Source: Minisyncoccota bacterium (lineage in GTDB: Bacteria > Patescibacteriota > Minisyncoccia > UBA6257 > GWB1-50-10). From it: a DNA stretch of 64,000 bases. Under the pieces are notes generated by a model. That model had not been told where the DNA came from. It searched no databases and worked only from the letters and a program-made list of their open reading frames with translations. The stretch is from assembly GCA_041665265.1 (NCBI GenBank), contig JBAYJE010000004.1:507-64506 (forward strand), in the 5' to 3' direction. Numbering within the stretch: the stretch's first letter is position 1; every line of letters starts with the position of its first letter. Of the stretch, positions 15,965 to 25,341 are shown piece by piece. A program made the translations under genes and the position numbers.

Positions 15965-17476
15965 TTATTTAGATGGAATTCCTACAAAGAAAAAAGTAAG
16001 CTGAAATCCTGCTGAGCCATCTTCTCTTGTCGTAATCTGTGACACAAGAAGATCTACATCCTTAAAATCTTTTTCAGCGGCTATTGCATTCTTAAATGTG
16101 ATAATTGCATTATTGTCTGCCACATGTGCATTTAAAGTGATTAGTTTCTTGAGTGACGTGGCACCAATAGAATCAATAACTGCTTTATTTGCTGCAGCAA
16201 TTGTTTTAATTCTCGAGAAAAATGTTGTCCATGGTTCGCTTGTATCTTTCACAGAACGTGCAGTTTTTACAAGCGCATTGAACACACGCACGTTTTCTTC
16301 AAGACGCTGTAACTCCCCCGCAGGAATACGAGCGCTAAAAATAGAGAGGTTCCGTTGAGTTGATTTTAATTCACTTGCAAGCACATACGCACTTCCGCTA
16401 AAAAGAAGGAGAAAAATGCCGAGCACTCCAATTATAATAGTTCTCCATAGGTGTAAAAATTTAAGTCCCTGCTCTTCATAAAAATATTGTCCTGATCTTC
16501 CTGAACCCACATTAATTAAGATATCACGTTTCCTACTCTCACTCTCTCGAAGGGCGGCGCCCACTGCCGCATACCACTGAGAAGAAATGTTCCAGGTAGT
16601 AATCTGAAGTACGGCCACTGAGATACCAAATTTTAGTTGCACGAAGTTTTGCACTTCTGTTTCAAATCCAGGTGCAATCATAAAAAGTTTTTTTGGACTT
16701 TCTTTAAATTTACTCAGTGTAAAATTAATCACTTTTTGAATCTCTTCCGCAATCACCTCTTCAAATCGCTCTCGTGTAATTTGACGACTCTCACCCTGCA
16801 CTGAACGCCAGGAACGAAAATAATCAAAATAAAGTCCCCTACTTTTTAAAATAGAAAGATTCAACCCATCACTCGAAATCTGGAGGAGGAGTGAGGGGCT
16901 ATCATCCGCGCTTCCCGCAAGTGCAATAAGACGTGAAAGTGAGAGACTAGGAAACTCAAAGGCCACTGAAGAAAAATAAGACTCTTCAAGAAATTTTTGA
17001 AATTCATCTACATATTTTTTCTCCGCAAATGCGCCGAGAAGTTCATACTGGTCGGGCGTTTCTCGAATAACCTGCCAACTAATGTAGGCGGTGTCAGGTG
17101 ACATAGGAGAAATCATCTGAATGTTTAATGCGGCGGATTCTGCAAGTCTTTCAGAACCCACATTAGGCACCGTAAAACTTTGCGTGTACACCACATTCGG
17201 AGGAAGAGTAACGGTGACCGGAATTGGTTCCTTCTCTTTTCCAGGTAGCACTATTTGATGAAGTTGTTTTAAGTATGCAAAAAACTGTACCCCATCAACA
17301 AGTCTTCCCTCACGAACTACCCCAGGGGGCATCTTCACACTCGCAGTTTGCACGCCCCCTTTAAGCGCCACATATTGAAGCGCATAATCGCTTATCTGAA
17401 GCCCACCCACAAGAGGCTCTGAACTCAGTTGTTTTAAAAGAAATTGTAATTTTTGTATGATATCTTTTTTTGTCAT
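15965..17476 (-). CDS. type IV pilus assembly PilM-like actin-fold domain fused to a TM segment and PilN/PilO-like C-terminal domain
   Basis: N-terminal LVGGLQISDYALQYVALKGG resembles the PilM start; a single TM (IIIGVLGIFLLLFSGSAYVL) near aa 350 is followed by a ~150-aa periplasmic-type domain. Confidence 0.45.
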   Translation of the reverse strand: MTKKDIIQKLQFLLKQLSSEPLVGGLQISDYALQYVALKGGVQTASVKMPPGVVREGRLVDGVQFFAYLKQLHQIVLPGKEKEPIPVTVTLPPNVVYTQSFTVPNVGSERLAESAALNIQMISPMSPDTAYISWQVIRETPDQYELLGAFAEKKYVDEFQKFLEESYFSSVAFEFPSLSLSRLIALAGSADDSPSLLLQISSDGLNLSILKSRGLYFDYFRSWRSVQGESRQITRERFEEVIAEEIQKVINFTLSKFKESPKKLFMIAPGFETEVQNFVQLKFGISVAVLQITTWNISSQWYAAVGAALRESESRKRDILINVGSGRSGQYFYEEQGLKFLHLWRTIIIGVLGIFLLLFSGSAYVLASELKSTQRNLSIFSARIPAGELQRLEENVRVFNALVKTARSVKDTSEPWTTFFSRIKTIAAANKAVIDSIGATSLKKLITLNAHVADNNAIITFKNAIAAEKDFKDVDLLVSQITTREDGSAGFQLTFFFVGIPSK

Positions 17477-17479
17477 ATC

Positions 17480-17941
17480 TTATTGAACTGTTTGTTCGTT
17501 AAGTGATTGTAAGTCAGTAAGTCCTGTAATCTGATCTGCGGCGATAACTGCAACGAATTTTCTCTGTCGTGTTCCCGCAACTCCAATCGCGGTTATTGAA
17601 TATACATAACTTGAGCCCGACGAAACACGAGAAACGGTCACATTTGAGGTGTCACCATTTAGTGAAAATGAGTATAAAAGAGGACTTGCTCCAAATTCTT
17701 TATCACGAACGATGTGCATCTGTGCATCGCGCACACTCGACTGTGCAACAGTAAGTGCTCTTACATAAAGACGTTCACCAAGTCCAGAACTACTCAAAAA
17801 ATAGGTGACGAAACTTCCTGCAATTGCTATCTCAAGAATAAGACCACTTATCAAAATAATGAACGAGAGTGTCGCCTGCCCCATTCGTCTTTGATTATGT
17901 CGAAGAGCATAACTGCAAATCGGCGCCTGAGTCTTCATCAC
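17480..17941 (-). CDS. pilin-like/pseudopilin-like protein (non-canonical class III signal)
   Basis: RRMG|QATLSFIILISGLILEIAIA hydrophobic N-terminus reminiscent of prepilins, but lacks Glu+5; weak call. Confidence 0.3.
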   Translation of the reverse strand: MMKTQAPICSYALRHNQRRMGQATLSFIILISGLILEIAIAGSFVTYFLSSSGLGERLYVRALTVAQSSVRDAQMHIVRDKEFGASPLLYSFSLNGDTSNVTVSRVSSGSSYVYSITAIGVAGTRQRKFVAVIAADQITGLTDLQSLNEQTVQ

Positions 17942-17948
17942 TCTTTAT

Positions 17949-17979
17949 AATAGCAAAAAGCCCCGCACATTGCGGGACT
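17949..17979 (-). terminator. rho-independent terminator
   Basis: Hairpin GCCCCGCA-CAT-TGCGGGAC; minus-strand read is followed by TTTTTGCTATT. Downstream of 17998..18432. Confidence 0.55.
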
Positions 17980-17997
17980 CTTTGTAATTTATACTAA

Positions 17998-18432
17998 TTA
18001 TTTCTTCGTCTGAGGCTCTGGTTCAGGAATCGCCTGAGGTGCTGGAGCTTGCTGCTGCTGTCCCTGAGGAGGAACAAGATCAGGATTTGTCTCAAATACC
18101 TTTGCAAGTTCGCTATCGCTACGGAGCTGTGTATACCACACTACTTCTTCACGATTGATTTTCAAATAATCTTCTGGACCCCAGAATACATTCTTGAAAC
18201 GCTGTACGCTCAAAGGATTATCCTTGTTGCTCTGGTTTACTTGGAAGAGATACGGCTGCTTCAAACCAAAGTACGGAAATCGAACGAGTTTTCCGAAATA
18301 GAGATCTCCTGTTTTCAAATAGACTGCGGCGTACGAAGGTTTTCCTGCAACCTCTTTCCACACGACAAATCCAATGAGAACAAGAAGAAGAACTACGACC
18401 ACCGAGAGAAGAATTTTATTCATCTTATTCAT
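17998..18432 (-). CDS. hypothetical membrane-anchored protein with Gln/Pro-rich C-terminus
   Basis: 144 aa, one N-terminal TM, C-terminal PPQGQQQQAPAPQAIPEPEP. Confidence 0.35.
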   Translation of the reverse strand: MNKMNKILLSVVVVLLLVLIGFVVWKEVAGKPSYAAVYLKTGDLYFGKLVRFPYFGLKQPYLFQVNQSNKDNPLSVQRFKNVFWGPEDYLKINREEVVWYTQLRSDSELAKVFETNPDLVPPQGQQQQAPAPQAIPEPEPQTKK

Positions 18433-18492
18433 ATGGGTTTAGTATATCATTTCGCACTTCGCGGTCAAAAGAATATGTGGATAAACTGAGAC

Positions 18493-19425
18493 TTATTTTC
18501 CTTTGATGTGAAGATAGTCGTAAATATTAAGAATTGCCTTAATTGCATCACCCGCAGAAATATTATTCTGTCTATAAAGAGCGTCCGTCACATCCCCCGC
18601 CGCCCAGATACCAGGGCACGAAGTCTCCTGAGTTTGAGGATTTACCACAATTGAATTCCACTCACTTCGTTTTACAAGATCTTTTACTATCTCACTGTTT
18701 GGTTGAACTCCCGTTTCCACAAACACACCCTGAACTTTCAAAATCTTTTTCTCTCCTGTTTTTATGTCTTCATACAAAAGCTCACTTACTATCTTTCCTT
18801 CCCCATGAATCTCTCGTGGTACCGCGTTTAAAATAATTTCAACATTCTGATTTTGAACAATCTTGTCTTGGGTCGTCTTATCCCCCTTCAATGATTCTCC
18901 ACGATGAATAAGATAAATCTTGGTCGCGTAGGGTAAGAGATCTACTACCGCTTCAAGTCCAGAATTACCACCTCCTACTACGACCACTTCTTTTCCTTTA
19001 AAAAGGGGGGCGTCGCACGTTGCACAATACACTACTCCATGACCCTCAAACTCTTTCTCACCAGGAATTTCGAGTCTACGATGACGACTTCCAATAGTGA
19101 GAAGAATTGTCTTTGTTTCAAATACTTTTTTTGAACGCGTAGTCACATGAAATGTTCCATCGGAAAGCTTCTCAATTGTCTCCGCGCGCTCGCCATCAAC
19201 AATATTGATATTATCTTTCTGAGCACGAAGATGTCTCTCGAGTGCTTGTGAGAATTCAAATCCAGAAATCGAGGGGGTTCCAATCCAGTTCTGAATATCC
19301 ACTGAGATAACTGATTGCCCACCCACGGTATCCGCAATAATTGCCGTCTTCATTTTTTTGCGCGCCGCATACACGCCAGCTGCTACACCTCCAGGACCAC
19401 CACCAATAATAATTACATCGTACAT
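18493..19425 (-). CDS. trxB: thioredoxin-disulfide reductase
   Basis: FAD motif VIIIGGGPGG, redox-active CATCD, NADPH motif GGGNSG. Confidence 0.85.
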   Translation of the reverse strand: MYDVIIIGGGPGGVAAGVYAARKKMKTAIIADTVGGQSVISVDIQNWIGTPSISGFEFSQALERHLRAQKDNINIVDGERAETIEKLSDGTFHVTTRSKKVFETKTILLTIGSRHRRLEIPGEKEFEGHGVVYCATCDAPLFKGKEVVVVGGGNSGLEAVVDLLPYATKIYLIHRGESLKGDKTTQDKIVQNQNVEIILNAVPREIHGEGKIVSELLYEDIKTGEKKILKVQGVFVETGVQPNSEIVKDLVKRSEWNSIVVNPQTQETSCPGIWAAGDVTDALYRQNNISAGDAIKAILNIYDYLHIKGK

Positions 19426-19458
19426 AAGTTAAATAATTTCAAATTTTCAGTTTATCCA

Positions 19459-19623
19459 CTATTCCTCAGGGGGTACAAAATTCCACACAATCATTATGAC
19501 AATAAGACCTCCCGTGAGAATATTATTCCACACTGCTAAATTGACCGCAGAAAATCCGAGAATCCAAGGAGAAATCACAAGCCATACACTAAGACTCACC
19601 ACCACCCATTGATTCCATAACAT
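19459..19623 (-). CDS. small SPW-repeat-like membrane protein (55 aa, below ORF-track cutoff)
   Basis: Manual translation MLWNQWVVVSLSVWLVISPWILGFSAVNLAVWNNILTGGLIVIMIVWNFVPPEE; contains the SPW motif. Confidence 0.3.
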   Translation of the reverse strand: MLWNQWVVVSLSVWLVISPWILGFSAVNLAVWNNILTGGLIVIMIVWNFVPPEE

Positions 19624-19650
19624 ATGAGATTATTGTACCGCGAAAAGAAA

Positions 19651-19684
19651 GGTAATAAAAGAAATCCGCCCCTTAAGGGCGGAT
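19651..19684 (-). terminator. rho-independent terminator after the DsbA-like gene
   Basis: Hairpin ATCCGCCC-CTTAA-GGGCGGAT; T-rich tract TTCTTTTATT on the minus strand. Confidence 0.55.
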
Positions 19685-19690
19685 AGGTGG

Positions 19691-20533
19691 TTATTTAATA
19701 AGTGCATCCATTATCTTCTGAATCCAAGTATAAGGAAGTGCTCCTCCCATACTTACCATAGTCTCATCTTCTGAAATAAAGAACGGTGGTGGACTTGTAG
19801 GATCAAGCTTCAAGAAGTAAGCATTTGCACCCTCAACAAATGTTTTTGCTTCTTTCGTAATTCCTTTACTTATTACAAAGATAGAAAGTGGTGTTCCTGG
19901 TCTTCCTTTCAAAATAGCGGTTCCCTCTTCCACTTGTGCTCTCACTCTTGGAGCATTCCGCTCACTCTTCAAACATTCTTCAAATTTTGCCTTATTGAGT
20001 CCTACGTCTGTCGCAATCTTTGGAAGAAGTAAGGGGTCAAGTCCATTATTAGAAGGAGTAAGTTCAAGAAGACGTTTCGCATACTCCCAGAATTTTGTAT
20101 TTCCTCCAAGTTCTGCCGCACACTCGCTCGCTTCCGATTCTTTTACCGCTCTTGGGTGTAATTGATCCAAAGGAAGTTGGCGATAAACCCACGCCACATT
20201 ACTTGTGTACGCATCTACTGTTTGCTGCATTGTGTCATGGAATCGTTTACAAAACGGACATTCGAAATCAGAGTATTCAATAATTCTAATCGGTGCGTCA
20301 ATGCTTCCCAAAATATGATCATCTGGACTTATTGCTTTTACATCTTTAAATGAGGGTGTTGCATCAGCAATCTCTGCGAGATTTGCAGTTTGCGGTATAT
20401 TCACCTCTCCTTTCTTGCCTACATTATAAATAAGCGAAACAGAAATAAGTACCGCCGCAAGCACAATACTTGCGGGTAATAAATAATCTTTTTTTACTTT
20501 CTTTTCTTCAATTTGTTCATCCATGTAGTTCAT
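19691..20533 (-). CDS. membrane-anchored DsbA-like thiol:disulfide oxidoreductase
   Basis: Thioredoxin-fold CPFC active site; single TM (ASIVLAAVLISVSL). ORF extends to 20731; start chosen at MNYMDE (20533), which avoids overlapping the divergent gene. Confidence 0.65.
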   Translation of the reverse strand: MNYMDEQIEEKKVKKDYLLPASIVLAAVLISVSLIYNVGKKGEVNIPQTANLAEIADATPSFKDVKAISPDDHILGSIDAPIRIIEYSDFECPFCKRFHDTMQQTVDAYTSNVAWVYRQLPLDQLHPRAVKESEASECAAELGGNTKFWEYAKRLLELTPSNNGLDPLLLPKIATDVGLNKAKFEECLKSERNAPRVRAQVEEGTAILKGRPGTPLSIFVISKGITKEAKTFVEGANAYFLKLDPTSPPPFFISEDETMVSMGGALPYTWIQKIMDALIK

Positions 20534-20605
20534 GATATCGAACGAGTTACGCTTCGTCAACGCAACTTCCAAAAGATAAAAAAGCGGAGTATTATGAAAT
20601 AAATT

Positions 20606-21922
20606 ATGAATACGGTCAAAAAGACAATCCTCCTCTTGGGAGATATTGCGGTGCTCTATGGATCTCTCGTGATAGCCCTTATTCTCCGCTATTGGGACAC
20701 TACACAGCTCTCCGAGCGCCTTGCGGCCCATATTGTGCCTTTTTCTGCGCTCTTCCCTCTCTGGCTCCTTGTGGTCTATTTACACGATCTTTATCGCTAT
20801 CGCTCATTTCGTGACTCATTTTGGTTATTCAAAAAAATTGCGCGGGTCGCCGCAATAAGTATTTCTCTCTCTATTATTGTTCTTTACTTATTTCCAACAT
20901 TTTTTGAGCTCACTCCAAAAACAAATCTCCTTTTGTTTAGTATTCTCTTTCTTCTTCTGGTCCAACTTTGGAGAACGATTGCGTTGCACTTATTTGCCTC
21001 TGGAAAAACTCGCGTCGTAATGTTGGGAAACTCGCCACTCATTACCGAAACGGTCGCTTATCTCAAAAAAAATCCACATGCAGGATATGAGCTTGTGGAA
21101 TGGGTAGATTCCGTCGATGCCTCTGCGCTTCAAAAACTTGCCACCCTTGTGCAGTCTTCTCACATTCATCTTGTGGTTATTCCACAACACCTCACCAAAG
21201 ATCTCTCAATGCTTCGCTTTATTTATCAGCTACTTCCTTTAGAGGTCTCTCTTATGCGCTTCTCAGAATTTTATGAGATTAATTTTGAAAAAGAACCACT
21301 GAAAGAACTTGATGAAGGTTGGTTTGTAGAAAACATCTCCACGCGTCGACCATTCTTTGATATTGCAAAACGCATCTTTGATATTGGGGTCGCCATTCTT
21401 TGTACTCTTATCTTCCTTATTCCTGCACTCCTTATTGCATTTCTTATTGCGGCCACTTCAAAAGGACCCATTATCTACTCCCAAAAACGCACTGGGAAAA
21501 ATGGAGTTGCGTTTACGCTCTATAAATTTAGAACCATGAACCACAACACAGGTGGCGCACTCTGGACTGAGGCAAATGATTCACGCATTACAACATTCGG
21601 CAAAATACTTCGTGCTTCACATCTTGATGAGCTTCCTCAACTTATTAATATTTTAAATAACACTATTTCATTTGTAGGTCCCCGTCCTGAACGAACCGAA
21701 CTCTCCCTCCAATATACCCAGTTCCCCTACTACGATATTCGTCATGTGGTAAAACCGGGCCTTACTGGATGGGCACAAGTATTCTATAAACCAAGTGCGT
21801 CTCTTGAAGAAGCATATGAAAAACTCTGTTATGATGTGTACTACATAAAAAACAGGTCGTTTTTTCTCGATCTGATTATCTTTCTTAAAACTATTAAATA
21901 TCTCTTTACTGCCTCCTTATGA
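20606..21922 (+). CDS. undecaprenyl-phosphate sugar phosphotransferase (WbaP/CpsE-like priming sugar transferase)
   Basis: C-terminal bacterial sugar-transferase domain KRIFDIGVA...SQKRTGKNGVAFTLYKFRTM...DELPQLINIL..SFVGPRPE; N-terminal TM bundle. Confidence 0.8.
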   Translation: MNTVKKTILLLGDIAVLYGSLVIALILRYWDTTQLSERLAAHIVPFSALFPLWLLVVYLHDLYRYRSFRDSFWLFKKIARVAAISISLSIIVLYLFPTFFELTPKTNLLLFSILFLLLVQLWRTIALHLFASGKTRVVMLGNSPLITETVAYLKKNPHAGYELVEWVDSVDASALQKLATLVQSSHIHLVVIPQHLTKDLSMLRFIYQLLPLEVSLMRFSEFYEINFEKEPLKELDEGWFVENISTRRPFFDIAKRIFDIGVAILCTLIFLIPALLIAFLIAATSKGPIIYSQKRTGKNGVAFTLYKFRTMNHNTGGALWTEANDSRITTFGKILRASHLDELPQLINILNNTISFVGPRPERTELSLQYTQFPYYDIRHVVKPGLTGWAQVFYKPSASLEEAYEKLCYDVYYIKNRSFFLDLIIFLKTIKYLFTASL

Positions 21923-23379
21923 TTGCACGACTAAAACAGCTTCTCTTTCAAAATAAAAATGCTCGTCAAACAGTTGTAAAAAATATGTTTTGGCTATCCT
22001 TTGGCCAAATAGCGAGTCGTGGTATTCGCGCATTTATTATTATTTACAGCGCACGACTTCTTGGCACTACCGAATATGGTATCTTCTCGTATGCACTCAG
22101 TCTTGCTGGATTTTTTACTCTTTTTGCGGACATCGGCCTTAGTTCTATTCTCACACGAGAAGTGTCCCGAAAACCGGAAGAGGCATCACTCTATTTCTCT
22201 ACGGCTTTTTGGATGAAAGTCGTACTTCTTATTTTCACCGCCCTTGCAGTAATTTTTATTGCTCCGTATTTTTCAAAAATAGAAGGATCTAAGATTCTTC
22301 TCCCTCTCGTTGCAATTCTTGTGAGTTTCGACAATATTAGAGAATTTTGCAACGCGTTCTTTCGAGGGAAAGAGAAAATGGAACGCGAGGCATTTATCAC
22401 ACTACTCACCAATATATCAATTGCTGTTTTTGGTTTTTTTATCCTGTACTTCTATAAGAGTGCATTTGCAATCACATTTTCATATATTTCAAGTGCGGGA
22501 TTTGGCATGGTTGCAGCAATATTTATTCTAAAAGATGAGTTCGTCCATATCGTGCGCAATTTTAGAAAAGAACTGGTCCTCGCCATTTTTTCTTCTGCGT
22601 GGTCAATCGCATTACTTGGATTGCTTGGTGTGTTTATATTAAGTATTGATGTGGTAATGCTTGGCTGGCTTCGTACCGCATCAGATGTCGGCCTTTATTC
22701 TGCGGGCCAGCGCATTGTGCAAGTACTTTATGTGCTTCCCTCAATTCTTGCTGCAAGCACCTTCCCCGCACTCTCGCGCGCAATAGGAAAGAATAACCCA
22801 ACTCAAGTGCAAAACATCATAGAACGAACCATGGCAATGACTTTTTTTGTCGCCCTTCCTCTCGTCACTGGAGGAATAATACTCGGTGTACCTATTATGG
22901 CTTTTGTGTTTGGAAACGACTATCTTCCTGGAGCACTGACCTTCCAAATTCTTATAGGGACCGCTCTTTTTGTTTTTCCTGGGACCCTGATTGGTAACTA
23001 CATCTTAGGACACGATCGCCAACGCGACATTGCAAAATTTGCCGCAATAGCTTCAGTTGGTAATATTGTTTTAAATTATATTTTTATTATTCCATTTGGT
23101 ATAGCAGGAGCTGCACTCGCCACCATAATAATACAAGCATTTTACAATTTATTTCTTTGGCGCTTTGCAAAGAAAGTTCACAATTTTCATACCCTGCGCC
23201 ACTTAAAAAAAATTGCTATTGCAACAGTCACCATGGGTGTCGCCGCACTCTTTATGAACATTGCGGGCGCCCACGTTCTCATCACTATCGCCACCTCAAT
23301 CCTTCTTTATATGGGAGTCCTTGTCGCTCTTAAAGAGAAGATTATGCATGAAATTCTTCTTGTGGTACGCGGAATATAA
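21919..23379 (+). CDS. Wzx-type polysaccharide flippase (MOP superfamily)
   Basis: 486 aa, ~12-14 TM, N-terminus NMFWLSFGQIASRGIRAFIIIYSARLLG typical of Wzx/polysaccharide biosynthesis proteins; ATGA overlap with the upstream gene. Confidence 0.7.
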   Translation: MIARLKQLLFQNKNARQTVVKNMFWLSFGQIASRGIRAFIIIYSARLLGTTEYGIFSYALSLAGFFTLFADIGLSSILTREVSRKPEEASLYFSTAFWMKVVLLIFTALAVIFIAPYFSKIEGSKILLPLVAILVSFDNIREFCNAFFRGKEKMEREAFITLLTNISIAVFGFFILYFYKSAFAITFSYISSAGFGMVAAIFILKDEFVHIVRNFRKELVLAIFSSAWSIALLGLLGVFILSIDVVMLGWLRTASDVGLYSAGQRIVQVLYVLPSILAASTFPALSRAIGKNNPTQVQNIIERTMAMTFFVALPLVTGGIILGVPIMAFVFGNDYLPGALTFQILIGTALFVFPGTLIGNYILGHDRQRDIAKFAAIASVGNIVLNYIFIIPFGIAGAALATIIIQAFYNLFLWRFAKKVHNFHTLRHLKKIAIATVTMGVAALFMNIAGAHVLITIATSILLYMGVLVALKEKIMHEILLVVRGI

Positions 23380-23396
23380 AATTCAATACTAAATTG

Positions 23397-23497
23397 ATCC
23401 CGTTAGAGGCATCGTATTGAAAAAACTGATTTGAAGGGAGATTAAAAAAGTTAATATCAACAGAGTAACACCTAAAAAGTGTGGCCTCTAACGGGAT
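23397..23497. repeat. perfect 14-bp inverted repeat (ATCCCGTTAGAGGC / GCCTCTAACGGGAT) separated by 73 nt
   Basis: Arms at 23397..23410 and 23484..23497, in the intergenic region between wzx and the 23569 gene. Confidence 0.6.
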
Positions 23498-23568
23498 TGA
23501 CATAAGTCAATTTTCTTATTATTATAGTGCCAGTAGCTTAACATTCATTAATTTAATCGGAGAAACGA

Positions 23569-24072
23569 ATGAACGGAAATAAGCCTTCATCTTTTTTTAC
23601 ATTCTTTACGAAAAACTTTCGTCGAGGAATTGCGCCATGGTTTGGTGTTACACTTCTCGTAATACTCTGGAAGTTCGCAATGATTCCCCTAGAACTCATC
23701 ACTGCAAATCAACTCTTTCAAATCACGCTTGTGCCATTTGCAATTTTTCTTACAGGATTCATCATATCGCTTATAAGCAATATCAAAAATGGCAAAATAC
23801 TGAAACGCTTTATTGAAAAGAAAATTCCCAAAGACTTCGTCACTAAGAAAGTAGTGCGATGGCGTTCCGGCAACTTCTTTGTGAAAGGACTCCTTAATAA
23901 ACCTAATCCTGATGGAAAGACCGCCGAAATTATATGGATAAAAGCAGGAGTGCTCAATTTCATCTGGGAATATATTGATGTTCCCCTTGAAGATATTGAA
24001 GAAATCGAGGGAATAAATGCGGCAACGTTCATTATGCGACTCGTAACCTTCGGTCTCGCAAAAAACGGATAA
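23569..24072 (+). CDS. hypothetical membrane protein
   Basis: 167 aa, two TM helices then a soluble domain; no motif. Confidence 0.35.
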   Translation: MNGNKPSSFFTFFTKNFRRGIAPWFGVTLLVILWKFAMIPLELITANQLFQITLVPFAIFLTGFIISLISNIKNGKILKRFIEKKIPKDFVTKKVVRWRSGNFFVKGLLNKPNPDGKTAEIIWIKAGVLNFIWEYIDVPLEDIEEIEGINAATFIMRLVTFGLAKNG

Positions 24073-24080
24073 CAAAAATA

Positions 24081-24115
24081 TCCCGTTCGCTCTCAGGCGA
24101 ATGGGATTTTTATTT
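24081..24115 (+). terminator. bidirectional rho-independent terminator
   Basis: TCCCGTTCGC-TCTCAG-GCGAATGGGA followed by TTTTTATTT; flanked by A-run on the other side. Confidence 0.6.
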
Positions 24116-25297
24116 CAAATAATTTTGAATAACTTTTGCTATCTGTTCGGCTGCATGACCGTCACCAAACGCCGTGTGTTTTTTAGACATCGCTTCGTGA
24201 GCCTCTTTATTTTCCAAAAGATGCAATGTTTCTTTTATTATTTTCTCCTTATCGGCGCCCACAAGTAAAGCCCCGCCAAAACTCACTCCCTCTGGACGTT
24301 CTGTGACCTCACGCATAACCAACGTGGGTTTCCCCATAAATGAAACTTCCTCCTGAATACCTCCTGAATCCGTAAGGACGATTTTGGATTTGCTCATAAG
24401 GAAAGTAAACAATTCGTATCCGAGAGGCTCAATGAGACGCACATTCTGAATATTTTTTAATTTTGCAAAAACTACTTCTTTTACGTTTGGATTGGGATGT
24501 ACAGGATACACGAAAATCACATCAGGAAGCCTATGAGCAAGCTCTGCGATGGCCTCCATAATATTCTGCATACCTTCCCCAAAACTTTCTCTGCGATGTG
24601 CAGTAACAAGGACAACTCTTTTAGTAACATCTCCTAATGGAATATTATATTTTTCACTGAAAAGCGAGTAAAGTCTTTTTTGCGTTGCTTCTTCGCTGTG
24701 AAATTCCATAACAAGACGCAATGCATCAAGTACAGTGTTCCCCGTTACCCAAATTGTATCACTGCTAACACCCTCCTTAAGGAGGTTTTGTTTAGCGGAT
24801 TCGGTAGATGCAAAATGTAACTCAGCAATTGAACCGGTAAGTTTACGGTTCATTTCTTCAGGAAAAGGCGAATATTTGTCACCACTTCGAAGTCCTGCCT
24901 CAACATGAGCAACTGGAATTTTAAAATGAAATGCAATAAATGCAGTAATAAAAACTGTTGAGGTATCTCCTTGCACCACCACCAAATCAGGTCGTTCCTT
25001 TTTTATAACAAAAAGAAACCTCACAACACCAAAACAAACCTTCAAAGCGCTCCACGCCTTTTTAAAAATATTAGGGCTTAGGAGTCCGTGATTACCAAAT
25101 GGTAAATCAATATCAAAGTTTGGTTTTATATCAAAAACTTTAATCGGGTCATTTAAAAGTTTTCCCTGCTGACGAAGAACACAAGTGAGCACACTCAAAT
25201 TGGATACCTTCTCCAACTCTTTAATAACTGGAGCAAGTTTAATTGCTTCTGGTCTCGTACCAAAAACCACTAAGACTTTCTTATTCTTAAGAGACAT
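24110..25297 (-). CDS. wecB: UDP-N-acetylglucosamine 2-epimerase (non-hydrolysing)
   Basis: N-terminal VFGTRPEAIKLAPVI and overall WecB/MnaA layout, 395 aa. Confidence 0.85.
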   Translation of the reverse strand: MSLKNKKVLVVFGTRPEAIKLAPVIKELEKVSNLSVLTCVLRQQGKLLNDPIKVFDIKPNFDIDLPFGNHGLLSPNIFKKAWSALKVCFGVVRFLFVIKKERPDLVVVQGDTSTVFITAFIAFHFKIPVAHVEAGLRSGDKYSPFPEEMNRKLTGSIAELHFASTESAKQNLLKEGVSSDTIWVTGNTVLDALRLVMEFHSEEATQKRLYSLFSEKYNIPLGDVTKRVVLVTAHRRESFGEGMQNIMEAIAELAHRLPDVIFVYPVHPNPNVKEVVFAKLKNIQNVRLIEPLGYELFTFLMSKSKIVLTDSGGIQEEVSFMGKPTLVMREVTERPEGVSFGGALLVGADKEKIIKETLHLLENKEAHEAMSKKHTAFGDGHAAEQIAKVIQNYLK

Positions 25298-25341
25298 AAT
25301 ACCTAGAATACTACCTTAACCACAATAAATTACCAAAAAGG

